Assembly: GCA_044220955.1 (NCBI GenBank)
Contig: JBGAQA010000008.1
Span: 1 to 64,000, forward strand
Direction: 5' to 3'
DNA: 64,000 bases
Source: Sandaracinaceae bacterium
GTDB lineage: Bacteria > Myxococcota_A > Polyangia > Polyangiales > Sandaracinaceae
The position numbers and the translations under genes were made by a program. The number at the start of each line of letters is the position of its first letter. The stretch's first letter is position 1. Positions 49,322 through 58,487 of this stretch are shown piece after piece. The notes under the pieces are model-generated. The model searched no databases and was not told the origin of the DNA. It saw only the letters and a list, made by a program, of their open reading frames with translations.

Positions 49322-49942
49322 ATGCCGCAGTACGATCCTCGCGCGTTCTTCACGTTCCTCAAGCAGGGCATCACCAAGTGGGATCAGACGGCGAGCCTGG
49401 TCCCGAGCCAGCGCTTCCTCGTCAACGCCATGGTCGACGGGGCGCGACCCGAGACGGCTGGCGCGATCCTCGAGCTCGGCCCCGGCGTCGGCGTGATGAC
49501 CAAGCCGCTGCTGCGCCGCATGCGCCCCGACGCGCGCCTCTTCACGATCGAGATCGACGAGCCGATCCACGAGGCGCTCTGCCGCAACGTGACGGACCCA
49601 CGCCTGGTGCCGATGCTCGGCTCGGCCGCCGACGCCGAGAAGCTGCTCGCCGAGCACGGCTTCGACGGCAAGCTCGATGCGGTCGTGTCCTCGCTCGGCA
49701 TGAGCCTCATCCCGGAGGCCATCCGCGAGCAGATCCTGAACGGCGCCAAGCGCGTGCTCGCCCCGCACGGCGTGTACGTGCAGTTCGGCTACTTCCACAC
49801 GAAGCACGTCGCCTACACCAAGGATCGCGGCTGGTCGGGGTTCGACTACCAGGGAATGCTCGAGGGCCACTTCGCGAGCGTGACGCGCCGCGCGGTCCCC
49901 CTGAACGTGCCGCCCGCGTGGTGCTACGTCGCGCGGCCTTAG
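49322..49942 (+). CDS. Phospholipid N-methyltransferase-like SAM methyltransferase (PmtA type)
   Basis: TASLVPSQRFL, ILELGPGVGVMT, VVSSL, GVYVQFGY, NVPPAWCY. Confidence 0.82.
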   Translation: MPQYDPRAFFTFLKQGITKWDQTASLVPSQRFLVNAMVDGARPETAGAILELGPGVGVMTKPLLRRMRPDARLFTIEIDEPIHEALCRNVTDPRLVPMLGSAADAEKLLAEHGFDGKLDAVVSSLGMSLIPEAIREQILNGAKRVLAPHGVYVQFGYFHTKHVAYTKDRGWSGFDYQGMLEGHFASVTRRAVPLNVPPAWCYVARP

Positions 49943-49980
49943 CGCGAAAGCCCACCCGGCTCTGGTATCGTTCCCCGCGC

Positions 49981-50733
49981 ATGGCGGGACGGACCTTCGC
50001 GATCGGCGACATCCACGGAGATCTGGTGGCGCTGCGCACGGTGATGGGCAAGCTCCCCCTCGTCGACAAGGACGACACCGTCGTCTTCATGGGGGACTAC
50101 CTCGATCGCGGCCCGTGCTCGCGGCAGGTCATCGAGGTCGTGCGCGGTCTCGACAAGGACGTCGGCTGCAACGTGGTGTGCCTGCGCGGCAACCACGAGG
50201 ACGCGTGGCTGCGCGTGCGCGAGCGCCGCTGGGACGAGTTCGTGTTCCCGCCCCAGAACGGCTGCTTCGCGACGTACCGCTCGTTCGTCGGCGGGCCCGT
50301 CCCGGCCAAGGGCGAGATGCCGAAGATGGAGGACATGGAGTCCCTGTTCTCCGGCGCGTTCTTCCCGCCCGACATCGCCCTGTGGATGGAGAAGCTGCTC
50401 TACTGGTACGAGGACGACCACGCGATCTACGTCCACGCAGGCCTGCTCGAGCGCGACGGAAAGTTCCTGCACCCGAGGGACACCGAGCAGAAGCTCGCGC
50501 TCATGTGGACGCGCACCGACGAGTTCTTCCGCAACTACCGCGGCAAGACCGTGGTGATCGGCCACACGGTGACCGAGCTGCTCCCCCAGGAGCTCTCGTC
50601 ACACACACCGTCCGATCCGACCGACATGTGGGTGGGTGAGTCGATCATCGCGATCGACACCGGCGCAGGAAAAGAGGGCGGGTTCCTCACGGCCGTCGAG
50701 CTCCCCTCGCGCACGGTCTACGAGTCGCGGTGA
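49981..50733 (+). CDS. PPP-family metallophosphoesterase (Ser/Thr phosphatase-like)
   Basis: GDIHG, GDYLDRG, LRGNHE, VHAG, GHT, IDTG. Confidence 0.92.
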   Translation: MAGRTFAIGDIHGDLVALRTVMGKLPLVDKDDTVVFMGDYLDRGPCSRQVIEVVRGLDKDVGCNVVCLRGNHEDAWLRVRERRWDEFVFPPQNGCFATYRSFVGGPVPAKGEMPKMEDMESLFSGAFFPPDIALWMEKLLYWYEDDHAIYVHAGLLERDGKFLHPRDTEQKLALMWTRTDEFFRNYRGKTVVIGHTVTELLPQELSSHTPSDPTDMWVGESIIAIDTGAGKEGGFLTAVELPSRTVYESR

Positions 50734-50918
50734 GCCGGGCGGCGCTCTTGCTCGCGATCGTCGGGCAGGCGGCCCGCGGTGAGCGCCGTCGGCAGGGGCT
50801 CGCGATGCGGCGCGGCCGGGTGCCAGGTCCCGGTGTGCACGCCCCCACCCCCCGCGCGCCCTGACCCGGACTCGCGTGGCGAGCACTCCCGTCGACCGCC
50901 GTGTTATGAGCGTGACAC

Positions 50919-52118
50919 ATGCCGCCGAGGCGTCTGCGCCCGATCGATTCGCCCGTGACGCTGACCGTGGACGGCGCCGAGGTCGCGGCGCGCGCGGGGG
51001 AGCCCATCGCGATCGCGCTCTACGCCGCCAGGCGCATCGTGCTCGGCCGGAGCGTGAAATACCACCGGGCCCGCGGCGCCGCCTGCTTCTCCGGGCGGTG
51101 CGACGGCTGCCTCATGCGCGTCGACGGCGCGCCGAGCGTGCGGACGTGCCGCAAGAAGGCCGCGCACGGGACCGTGGTCGAGACGCAGAACGTGCTCGGG
51201 ACCGCGGGCCTCGACCTGCTCTCCGCCGCCGACGTCTTGTTCGCGGGCGGGCTGAACCACCACGAGATGTTCACCTGGAGCAAGCCGGTCAACCGCGTGA
51301 TGCAGGAGGTGGCGCGGCACGTCGCGGGCCTGGGAAGGTTGCCGGACGAGGCGCGTGTCGCCGCGGACGTCGAGCGCGCGGCGTGCGACGTGTGCGTGAT
51401 CGGCGCCGGGGAGTCCGGCACGGCGTGCGCCGAGGCTCTCGTGCGCGGCGGCGCCGACGTCGTCGTGCTCGAGGAGGAGGACACCTCGCGCGCGCCGCCG
51501 GTGCGCACGGCGACGAGCGCGGTCGGCGTGTTCGACGAGACCGACGGTGCGCGCATCGTGCTCGCGGTGGGTGAGCGGGGTGCGACGGTCATCACGCCGC
51601 GCCTCGTGGTGATCGCGACCGGGCGTGCGGAGTCTGCCGAGGCGTTCGAAGGGAACGATCTGCCAGGCGTGCTCTCGCTCGACGCGGCCGAGCGTCTCTT
51701 CGCGTCGGGCGTGCTGCCTGGCGAGAGGCCGGTGATCGCGGGTGAGGGCGACCGCGCACACGCGCTGGCGGCTCGCTTCGCGAGCGCGGGCGCGAGGCCG
51801 GTGCGGATCCTGCGCGACGATGTCGTGCGCGCGCGAGGTCGCTCGTCGGTGCGCCTCGTGGAGACGGCCGGCGGCGAGAAGCTCGCGTGCGACGTGCTCG
51901 TCGTCGAGGGACGCGCGAGCGCGCGCTACGAGCTCGCGGCGCAGGCGGGGGTGGAGGTCGTCTTCGACGGTGAGGTCTTCGACCTCGTCGCGTCGAAGGA
52001 CGACGGCACGACGCGGCACCCCCGGGTTCTGGTCGCAGGATCGGCGGCGCGCGTGGACGACGCTGCAGCACACGGCGCTCGGGTCGGCCAGAAGGCGCTC
52101 GAGGTGCTCCGTGGCTGA
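50919..52118 (+). CDS. 2Fe-2S + Rossmann-fold subunit of a sarcosine-oxidase/proline-dehydrogenase-like complex (alpha)
   Basis: RSVKYHRARGAACFSGRCDGCLMRVDG...C...ETQN; IGAGESG; IATG...FEGNDLPGV. Confidence 0.85.
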   Translation: MPPRRLRPIDSPVTLTVDGAEVAARAGEPIAIALYAARRIVLGRSVKYHRARGAACFSGRCDGCLMRVDGAPSVRTCRKKAAHGTVVETQNVLGTAGLDLLSAADVLFAGGLNHHEMFTWSKPVNRVMQEVARHVAGLGRLPDEARVAADVERAACDVCVIGAGESGTACAEALVRGGADVVVLEEEDTSRAPPVRTATSAVGVFDETDGARIVLAVGERGATVITPRLVVIATGRAESAEAFEGNDLPGVLSLDAAERLFASGVLPGERPVIAGEGDRAHALAARFASAGARPVRILRDDVVRARGRSSVRLVETAGGEKLACDVLVVEGRASARYELAAQAGVEVVFDGEVFDLVASKDDGTTRHPRVLVAGSAARVDDAAAHGARVGQKALEVLRG

Positions 52119-52383
52119 CAAGACCTTCGTCTGCCGCTGCGAGGACGTCACGAAGCACGACGTGGAGGAGGCGGTCGCGCTCGGGCATCGCGATCTCGAG
52201 TCGGTGAAGCGCTACACGGGCCTCGGCACGGGGCTCTGCCAGGGCAAGCAGTGCGTCGCGCTCTCGGCGCGCCTCGTCAGCGAGCTCTCCGGCGAGCGCG
52301 TGCGCCAGCCGATCACCCCGCGGCCGCTCCTCTACCCCACCAAGCTCGCGCACCTCGCGCGCCTCCTGCCGGACGACGAATGA
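52111..52383 (+). CDS. BFD-like [2Fe-2S] small subunit
   Basis: VCRCEDVT...KRYTGLGTGLCQGKQC...TPRP; overlaps both neighbours. Confidence 0.9.
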   Translation: MADKTFVCRCEDVTKHDVEEAVALGHRDLESVKRYTGLGTGLCQGKQCVALSARLVSELSGERVRQPITPRPLLYPTKLAHLARLLPDDE

Positions 52384-53528
52384 GCGAGCGGGCTCGCACC
52401 GTGATCGTCGGGGGCGGCATCATGGGCCTCGCCATCGCGTGGAACCTCGCGAAGCTGGGCGAGGAGGGCGTCGTGGTGCTCGAGAGGAGCTACCTCACGA
52501 GCGGCGCGAGCGGTCGCAACGGGGGCGGCGTGCGCGCGCAGTGGTCGAGCGACGTCAACGTGCGCCTGATGAAGCGCTCTCTCGCGCTCTGCGCCGAGTT
52601 CGCGACCGAGATGCGCATCAACGTCTGGTTCCGCCGCGGCGGCTACCTCTTCCTCGCGCGCGACGACGCGCGAGCGAAGAGCCTCGCGCGTGCCGCGGAG
52701 ATCCAGCAGGCCCACGGGCTCGGCACGCGGATGATCGAGCCGTCCGAGGCCAAGGAGATCGTCCCCGAGCTCGACCCCACCCGCTTCGTCGCCGCGAGCT
52801 TCAACGCCGACGACGGAGTCGTGTTCCCGTGGCCCTTCGTCTGGGGCTACGCGCGCGCGGCGCAGAAGCTCGGCGTCACCATCCGCACCCACATGCCCGT
52901 CACGGCGCTCGTCACCGAGGGCGCCCGCGTGTGTGGCGTCGTGACGGAGAGCGGCGAGACGATCCGCGCCGGGCGCGTGCTCGTGTGCTGCGGCGCGTGG
53001 AGCCCGGAGGTCACGCGCATGGTCGGGGTGGAGCTGCCGAGCCACCCGCACCGTCACGAGATCTGCTCGACCGAGCCGCTCAAGCCCTTTCTCGGGCCCC
53101 TCGTGGGCGATCTCGCCGACGGGCTCTACTTCTCCCAGTCGGCGCGTGGCGAGATCGTGGGCGGCATCAGCAACGAGGACGTCCCGCCCGGGATCGACCA
53201 GCGCTCGAGCGCGCGCTTCCTCGGCCTCTACGCGCGTGCGCTCACGCGCGTGATGCCCATCCTGGGTGACGTGAAGATCCTGCGGCAGTGGGCCGGCTGC
53301 TACGACCTCACGCCCGACAAGAGCCCGATGATCGGCGAGGTCGACGAAACCCCCGGCCTCTATCTCGCGAGCGGCTTCATGGGGCACGGCTTCATGATGG
53401 CGCCCGTGATCGGCGAGCTCTACGCGAAGTACCTCGTGCGCGGCGAGGAGCCCGAGCTCTTCGAGCGCTGGAACCTGCGCCGCTTTCGCGAGGGCAAGCT
53501 GCTCGACGAGAGCATGATCCTCGGCTGA
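52380..53528 (+). CDS. FAD-dependent amine/amino-acid oxidoreductase (DAO family, sarcosine oxidase beta-like)
   Basis: IVGGGIMG, GASGRNGGGVRAQW, LRQWAGCYDLTPD, GFMGHGFMMAP. Confidence 0.92.
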   Translation: MSERARTVIVGGGIMGLAIAWNLAKLGEEGVVVLERSYLTSGASGRNGGGVRAQWSSDVNVRLMKRSLALCAEFATEMRINVWFRRGGYLFLARDDARAKSLARAAEIQQAHGLGTRMIEPSEAKEIVPELDPTRFVAASFNADDGVVFPWPFVWGYARAAQKLGVTIRTHMPVTALVTEGARVCGVVTESGETIRAGRVLVCCGAWSPEVTRMVGVELPSHPHRHEICSTEPLKPFLGPLVGDLADGLYFSQSARGEIVGGISNEDVPPGIDQRSSARFLGLYARALTRVMPILGDVKILRQWAGCYDLTPDKSPMIGEVDETPGLYLASGFMGHGFMMAPVIGELYAKYLVRGEEPELFERWNLRRFREGKLLDESMILG

Positions 53529-53575
53529 AGGCCGTGGCGGAGTCGGGGCCGGCGCGCGCCCGTGGCGTCGGCGAG

Positions 53576-54448
53576 TCAGGGCCTGCGCGCGAAGAAGAGC
53601 CGCGCCGTGCTCGCGGCGAGCGGCGGCTCGACCGGATCCGCGAACCCCGCGCGCGTGATTCGCTCGCGCAGCGCGTCGGGGGAGACGAGGGCGCCGCCGC
53701 TCCGCACCATCCGCAGCTCGGCCAGGCGTGCGCCGAGCGGGCTCGGTGGGGGGCGGAACACCCCGGCGACGACGAGGCCGCCCGGCCTCAGCGCGGCGAA
53801 GACCGCCCCCAGCACGTCGTCGAGGATCGCGTCCGGCAGGAACGGCACCGGTACCCACGCGAGGCTGAACGCCTCCCGCTCGGGCACGTCGCGCGCGTCT
53901 TGCTCGCGGAGCGTGATGCGATCGCCGACCCCCGAGCGCGCCACGTTCTCCTTCGCGAGGGTCAGCGAGGGTGCGAACACGTCGACGCCGACGGTGCGCA
54001 GCGTCGGGAAGCGCCGGCACATCGTGATCGCGAGGTGCCCGACGCCCGTGCCGAGATCGAGGAACGTCGCCCCCGGCGACGAGGTCGCGGCGGGCAGGCC
54101 CGGTACGTGTGGCAGCGCCTCGATGACCGCGTCGGCGATCGTGCTCGAGGCGCGTCCCGTGGCCTCGAGGATCAGCGGATCGGTGCTCGTCCACCCCGGC
54201 TCGCGCGCCGGGTCGTCGAGCAGGTCCATCGCCATGCGCGAGAACGCGCGCGCCGCGCCGATCGCTGCGCGCCGCTCGTCGGCCGTCCCTGGCTCCACGT
54301 CCAGCGCCTCCACGATCGCTGCGACGCGCGAGGCGACTTCGGGTGGCAGCAAGAGGCCCTCTTCTTCGGCGCGGAGCCAGGCGCCGAGCGCGGCGAGCGC
54401 CTCGACCGACGCCACGAGCTCGAGCACCTTCGTCGTCGCGGTCGCCAT
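53576..54448 (-). CDS. Class I SAM-dependent methyltransferase
   Basis: FLDLGTGVG, VGVDV, ALRPGGLVV. Confidence 0.88.
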   Translation of the reverse strand: MATATTKVLELVASVEALAALGAWLRAEEEGLLLPPEVASRVAAIVEALDVEPGTADERRAAIGAARAFSRMAMDLLDDPAREPGWTSTDPLILEATGRASSTIADAVIEALPHVPGLPAATSSPGATFLDLGTGVGHLAITMCRRFPTLRTVGVDVFAPSLTLAKENVARSGVGDRITLREQDARDVPEREAFSLAWVPVPFLPDAILDDVLGAVFAALRPGGLVVAGVFRPPPSPLGARLAELRMVRSGGALVSPDALRERITRAGFADPVEPPLAASTARLFFARRP

Positions 54449-54466
54449 CGACGGGACGATACGCGC

Positions 54467-55204
54467 TCAGCGCACGAAAGTGCGGGCGTCGTGCGGGCGT
54501 ACGTCCACGTGGAAGTGGTCGTGGTGCCCCTCGTTGTACTCGGGGGTGATGACGGTCGAGAGCCCCGCGCGATCGGCGAGGTCGCACGCGAGGGCGCGCA
54601 GCGCCGGCCCGGCCTCGGCCCGGGGTGCGCGATCGACGCCGTCACAGGTGGAGGTCGCCGGCTCGGGGTCCCAGTCGCGCTCGACGACGAGCACCGAGCC
54701 GTCGTCCCGGGCGAAGCGCGTGAGATCGAGCGCGAGGCCGAACGTGTGGAAGCTCGTGCGTGGTGCGAGGCGCCAGGCCGAGAGCACGGTCGCTTCCCGC
54801 ACGTGGTGATCGCGCATCACGGCGGCGAGCGCGGGCAGCCGGACCGCGAGCTCGCACGCGACGTAGAGCGGCGCGCCCTCTCGCGCCTTCGGGAACGCGA
54901 CCCCTCCGACGGGGCCATCCACGCGGACGGGGGCCGGGATCGGCGTACGCGCCGTCGTGAACGGGACGACCGGAAGCGAGCGCGCGGCTTCGAGACAGCC
55001 TGCCTCGGGCCGGATGCTCCACGGGCTCGCGTCGCGCCACTCGCCGTGCACGGCCTCGCTGCGGAAAGCGCGGAACGTGGCGACGCGCCGGTCGATCTCG
55101 CCGGCGACCGCGAGCGCGGGGTCGACACGACCCTCGGTGCGGCGCTGCCCCGTGGCAGGGGCGGCCAGGGTCAGGATGGTCAGGAACGCCGCAGCGCGCC
55201 TCAT
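54467..55204 (-). CDS. Extensin-like family protein (possible cell-wall peptidase fold)
   Basis: Signal peptide; SFHTFGLALD; ITPEYNEGHHDHFHVDV. Confidence 0.82.
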   Translation of the reverse strand: MRRAAAFLTILTLAAPATGQRRTEGRVDPALAVAGEIDRRVATFRAFRSEAVHGEWRDASPWSIRPEAGCLEAARSLPVVPFTTARTPIPAPVRVDGPVGGVAFPKAREGAPLYVACELAVRLPALAAVMRDHHVREATVLSAWRLAPRTSFHTFGLALDLTRFARDDGSVLVVERDWDPEPATSTCDGVDRAPRAEAGPALRALACDLADRAGLSTVITPEYNEGHHDHFHVDVRPHDARTFVR

Positions 55205-55253
55205 GCAGAGGAGTCTACGTGCGGAGCAGGGCGATCCATTCCATACCCCCGCC

Positions 55254-55790
55254 ATGCGGACGCTCCTCGCCCTGGCCGTGACGGTCGCGCTCTTCTCTTC
55301 TTGCGGCTCGTCGTCCTCCTCGGGGACGTCGGCCTCCACCATGCCGGCGGTCGGCAGCGCGGCACCCGACATCATGCTCCAGGACCAGACCGGTCGCGTC
55401 CGCACGCTCGCCGAGTACCGGGGGCATCCGGTGGTCGTGTACTTCTATCCGCGCGACGCGACGCCGGGCTGCACCCACGAGGCCTGCGCGTTTCGCGACG
55501 CGTGGGACCGCCTGCAGGCGACCGGCACCGTCGTGCTCGGGATCTCGGGCGACGACGTGGCGTCGCATCTGTCGTTCCACGACGCCGAGCATCTTCCGTT
55601 CGATCTGCTCGCCGATCCGGAGAACACGGCGGCGAACGCCTATGGCGTCCCGGTGCACGCCGGGATCGAGTCGCGCGTGTCGTTCCTCGTCGACCGCGAC
55701 GGCCAGATCGCGCACGTGTTCCCGGACGTCGATCCGGCCATTCACTGCGACGAGGTGCTCGAGGCGATCGCGGCCCTGCCCGCGCCCTGA
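55254..55790 (+). CDS. bcp: Peroxiredoxin BCP/PrxQ with lipoprotein signal
   Basis: YFYPRDATPGCTHEACAFRD; N-terminal MRTLLALAVTVALFSSC. Confidence 0.9.
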   Translation: MRTLLALAVTVALFSSCGSSSSSGTSASTMPAVGSAAPDIMLQDQTGRVRTLAEYRGHPVVVYFYPRDATPGCTHEACAFRDAWDRLQATGTVVLGISGDDVASHLSFHDAEHLPFDLLADPENTAANAYGVPVHAGIESRVSFLVDRDGQIAHVFPDVDPAIHCDEVLEAIAALPAP

Positions 55791-55862
55791 ATTCAGCGCG
55801 CTTCGTTTGAAACGCTGGGCTGCCTCTGGTAGACGAGGCGGGCTTCTTGGCGGAGGAAACGA

Positions 55863-57155
55863 ATGGCGACCGTGGTGACGATGCCCTCGCTCGGCGAGAG
55901 CGTGCTCGAGGGCACCGTAGGCAAGTGGCTCGTGCGTGAGGGTGATCGCGTCGAGCGCGAGCAGATGGTCGTCGAGATCCTGACCGACAAGACCGACAGC
56001 CCCGTTCCCTCGCCGGTCGCCGGCGTGGTCACGAAGCTCTTCGTGAAGGAGAACGACGTCGTCCCGGTCGGCGCCAAGCTCTGCGAGATCGACGAGGCCG
56101 CCAGGGCGTCGTCAGGCGCGGCGGTGGCGGCGGCGCCCGAGGTGGCCCCGAGCGTGGCGCACGACGACGGGGGCCGCGCGTCGCCCTCGGTGCGCAAGCT
56201 CGCCCGCGAGATGGACGTCGACCTGAAAGGGGTGTCGGGCTCCGGCCAGGGCGGCGTGATCACGCGCGAGGACGTGCTGCGGGCGGGGAGCGGCGGCACG
56301 TCGCATCCCGCCACGCCGCCGCCGGCGCCGGCGCCGGTGACGCGCTCCACGGCGATCGGAGCGCCTGCGCCGAGCTCGAGCGGCCTGACCGAGGCGATGA
56401 AGGTGGCGTCCCCGACCGGCATGGGCGCGTTCCGCGTTCCGCCCTACCAGCCGAAGCCGGGCGACAAGGTCGTGCCTTTCACGCGTCGCCGCCGCGTGAT
56501 CGCCGATCACATGGTCTACTCGAAGCTCACCTCGCCTCACGTGGTGACGTTCGCGGAGTGCGATCTGCAGAAGACGCACCTGCTCCGCGAGAAGCACAAG
56601 GACGCGCTGAAGAAGGAGGGCGTGAGTCTCACCTTCCTCTCGTTCGTGGCGGCGGCCGTCGCGCGGGCCCTGCGCGAGTTCCCGGTGATGAACGCGCGCG
56701 TGCTCGACGACGCGTACGTCCAGCTCGGCGACGTGAACCTCGGCCTCGCGGTCGAGACGAACGAGGGGCTCGTCGTCCCCGTCATCCGCAACGCCGACAT
56801 GCTCAAGGTCCGGGGGCTCGCGAAGGCGATCGACGACATCGCCAAGCGCGCGCGCGACAACGTCCTCTTGCCCGACGATCTCGCCGGCAAGACGTTCTCG
56901 ATCTCGAACCCCGGCAAGAAGGGCAACCTCGTCGGCGGCGCGATCATCAGCCAGCCGAACGTCGGGATCCTCCGGATCGGCGAGATCAAGAAGCGCGTGG
57001 TCGTGATCGACCAGGACGGGGCGGACGTGATGGCCATCCACCCCGTGATGTACATGGGGCTGAGCTACGACCACCGCATCGTCGATGGCGTCGTCGCCAA
57101 CGGGTTCTTGTTCCGCGTGAACGAGCTCCTCGAGGCCGGCACCTTCGACATCTGA
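55863..57155 (+). CDS. 2-oxoacid dehydrogenase E2 (dihydrolipoamide acyltransferase)
   Basis: Lipoyl domain EILTDKT, E3-binding ASPSVRKLARE, catalytic LSYDHRIVDG. Confidence 0.95.
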   Translation: MATVVTMPSLGESVLEGTVGKWLVREGDRVEREQMVVEILTDKTDSPVPSPVAGVVTKLFVKENDVVPVGAKLCEIDEAARASSGAAVAAAPEVAPSVAHDDGGRASPSVRKLAREMDVDLKGVSGSGQGGVITREDVLRAGSGGTSHPATPPPAPAPVTRSTAIGAPAPSSSGLTEAMKVASPTGMGAFRVPPYQPKPGDKVVPFTRRRRVIADHMVYSKLTSPHVVTFAECDLQKTHLLREKHKDALKKEGVSLTFLSFVAAAVARALREFPVMNARVLDDAYVQLGDVNLGLAVETNEGLVVPVIRNADMLKVRGLAKAIDDIAKRARDNVLLPDDLAGKTFSISNPGKKGNLVGGAIISQPNVGILRIGEIKKRVVVIDQDGADVMAIHPVMYMGLSYDHRIVDGVVANGFLFRVNELLEAGTFDI

Positions 57156-57161
57156 GGCGAG

Positions 57162-57506
57162 ATGAGCGACGAGACGGAAAACACCGAGGAGGCCGAGGCG
57201 AAGGCGGCCGAGGCCGAAGTTCCGTCGGCGCCCGAGCCCGAGAAGCCCAAGAAGAAGAAGAAGACCAAGGTCGAGGCGGCGGTCACGGACCCGCGCGCGG
57301 CCGAGATCGCGAGCGCGTTCGACGCGGGGAACTTCGCGCGCGTGCGCGTGCTGGGCGCCGAGCTCGCCGGAGCGACCGACCCCGCGCTGGCGGCGATCGG
57401 TCGCGACTACCTCGCGCGCATCGCCGTCGACCCGGTGCAGATCGCGTTCCTGGGTCTCTGCGCCGTCGCCCTGCTGACGATCGCCTGGATCTACATTCCC
57501 CACTGA
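57162..57506 (+). CDS. Small hypothetical protein with C-terminal membrane anchor
   Basis: Charged N-terminus, AFDAGNFARVR, single C-terminal TM helix. Confidence 0.75.
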   Translation: MSDETENTEEAEAKAAEAEVPSAPEPEKPKKKKKTKVEAAVTDPRAAEIASAFDAGNFARVRVLGAELAGATDPALAAIGRDYLARIAVDPVQIAFLGLCAVALLTIAWIYIPH

Positions 57507-57593
57507 CGTGAGCGCCGGCGCGAGGCCCACGCGCGCGGCGTTCGCGTTCGTCACCGTCGCGCCGGACATGCTGGCTCTTGGCGTGATGATCCG

Positions 57594-58430
57594 TCACTCG
57601 GTCGGATACGGCGGATACTGGGGCACGTCGTCGGGGATCACCCAGCCGCTCGACCACAGGCTCTGGCCACCGTCGATGATGAAGACCTGCCCGGTCACGT
57701 AGTCGGCCGCGCGCGAGCACACGTAGACGATCAGGTGACTCGTCTCCTCTTCGCCCCCGAGGCGCTTGAGCGGGATGGCCTTGCGCGCGGCCTCGAGGAA
57801 TTCCGCCGGGTACTGCGCGGTGCCGCTCGACTTGATCACGCCGGGCGCGACCGCGTTGACGCGGATGCCGTGGCAGGCCCACTCGACGGCGAGCGTCTTG
57901 GTCGCGTTCTCGACGCCTGCGCGCGCCGCGCCCGTGTGGATCATGCCGGGAAAGCCGCGCGTCACCTGCGCGGTGATGTTCACGATGCGGCCGCGCTGGC
58001 GGGGAATCATCGCGCGGTTGGCGACCGCGTGCGTCATCGTCCAGGTGCCGAGCAGGTTGTTGCGCACGACGGCCTCGAAGCCCTTCGGCGAGAGGTGCTG
58101 GGCGGGGGTCGGGAACTGGCCGCCCGCGTTGTTCACGAGGATGTCGATGCGGCCGAAGCGGGCGAGCACGGCGTCGACGAAGCCCTCGACCTCCTCCGGC
58201 TTCCGGATGTCGGTCGGACGCGCGTAGGCATCGACGCCCTCGCTCCGGAGGAGCGCCTCTGCCGCGGCGAGGGGCTCGGGCCGCCGCCCGCAGATCGCGA
58301 TCTTGGCCCCGAGCTTGCCGAGCTCGCGCGCGACGGTGAGGCCGATGCCGGTGCCTCCGCCCGTGACGATCGCGACTTCGTTCTCGAACATTCCGTCCCG
58401 GAAAATCGTCTCGACCACGCCTGCCTCCAC
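57594..58430 (-). CDS. SDR oxidoreductase (trans-2-enoyl-CoA / 2,4-dienoyl-CoA reductase-like)
   Basis: TGGGTGIG, NNAGGQF, HTGAARAGV, IRVNAVAPG. Confidence 0.92.
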   Translation of the reverse strand: MEAGVVETIFRDGMFENEVAIVTGGGTGIGLTVARELGKLGAKIAICGRRPEPLAAAEALLRSEGVDAYARPTDIRKPEEVEGFVDAVLARFGRIDILVNNAGGQFPTPAQHLSPKGFEAVVRNNLLGTWTMTHAVANRAMIPRQRGRIVNITAQVTRGFPGMIHTGAARAGVENATKTLAVEWACHGIRVNAVAPGVIKSSGTAQYPAEFLEAARKAIPLKRLGGEEETSHLIVYVCSRAADYVTGQVFIIDGGQSLWSSGWVIPDDVPQYPPYPTE

Positions 58431-58487
58431 ACACCCGACCTCGGGGCGGCGGATGGTAGCGCGCGCGGGGCGTATGCTTCACCCGTC

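Noticed and set aside
53530..53592. Imperfect direct repeat at the convergent gene junction
   Set aside because: Short, GC-rich and degenerate; most likely a local duplication of a gene end with no further support.
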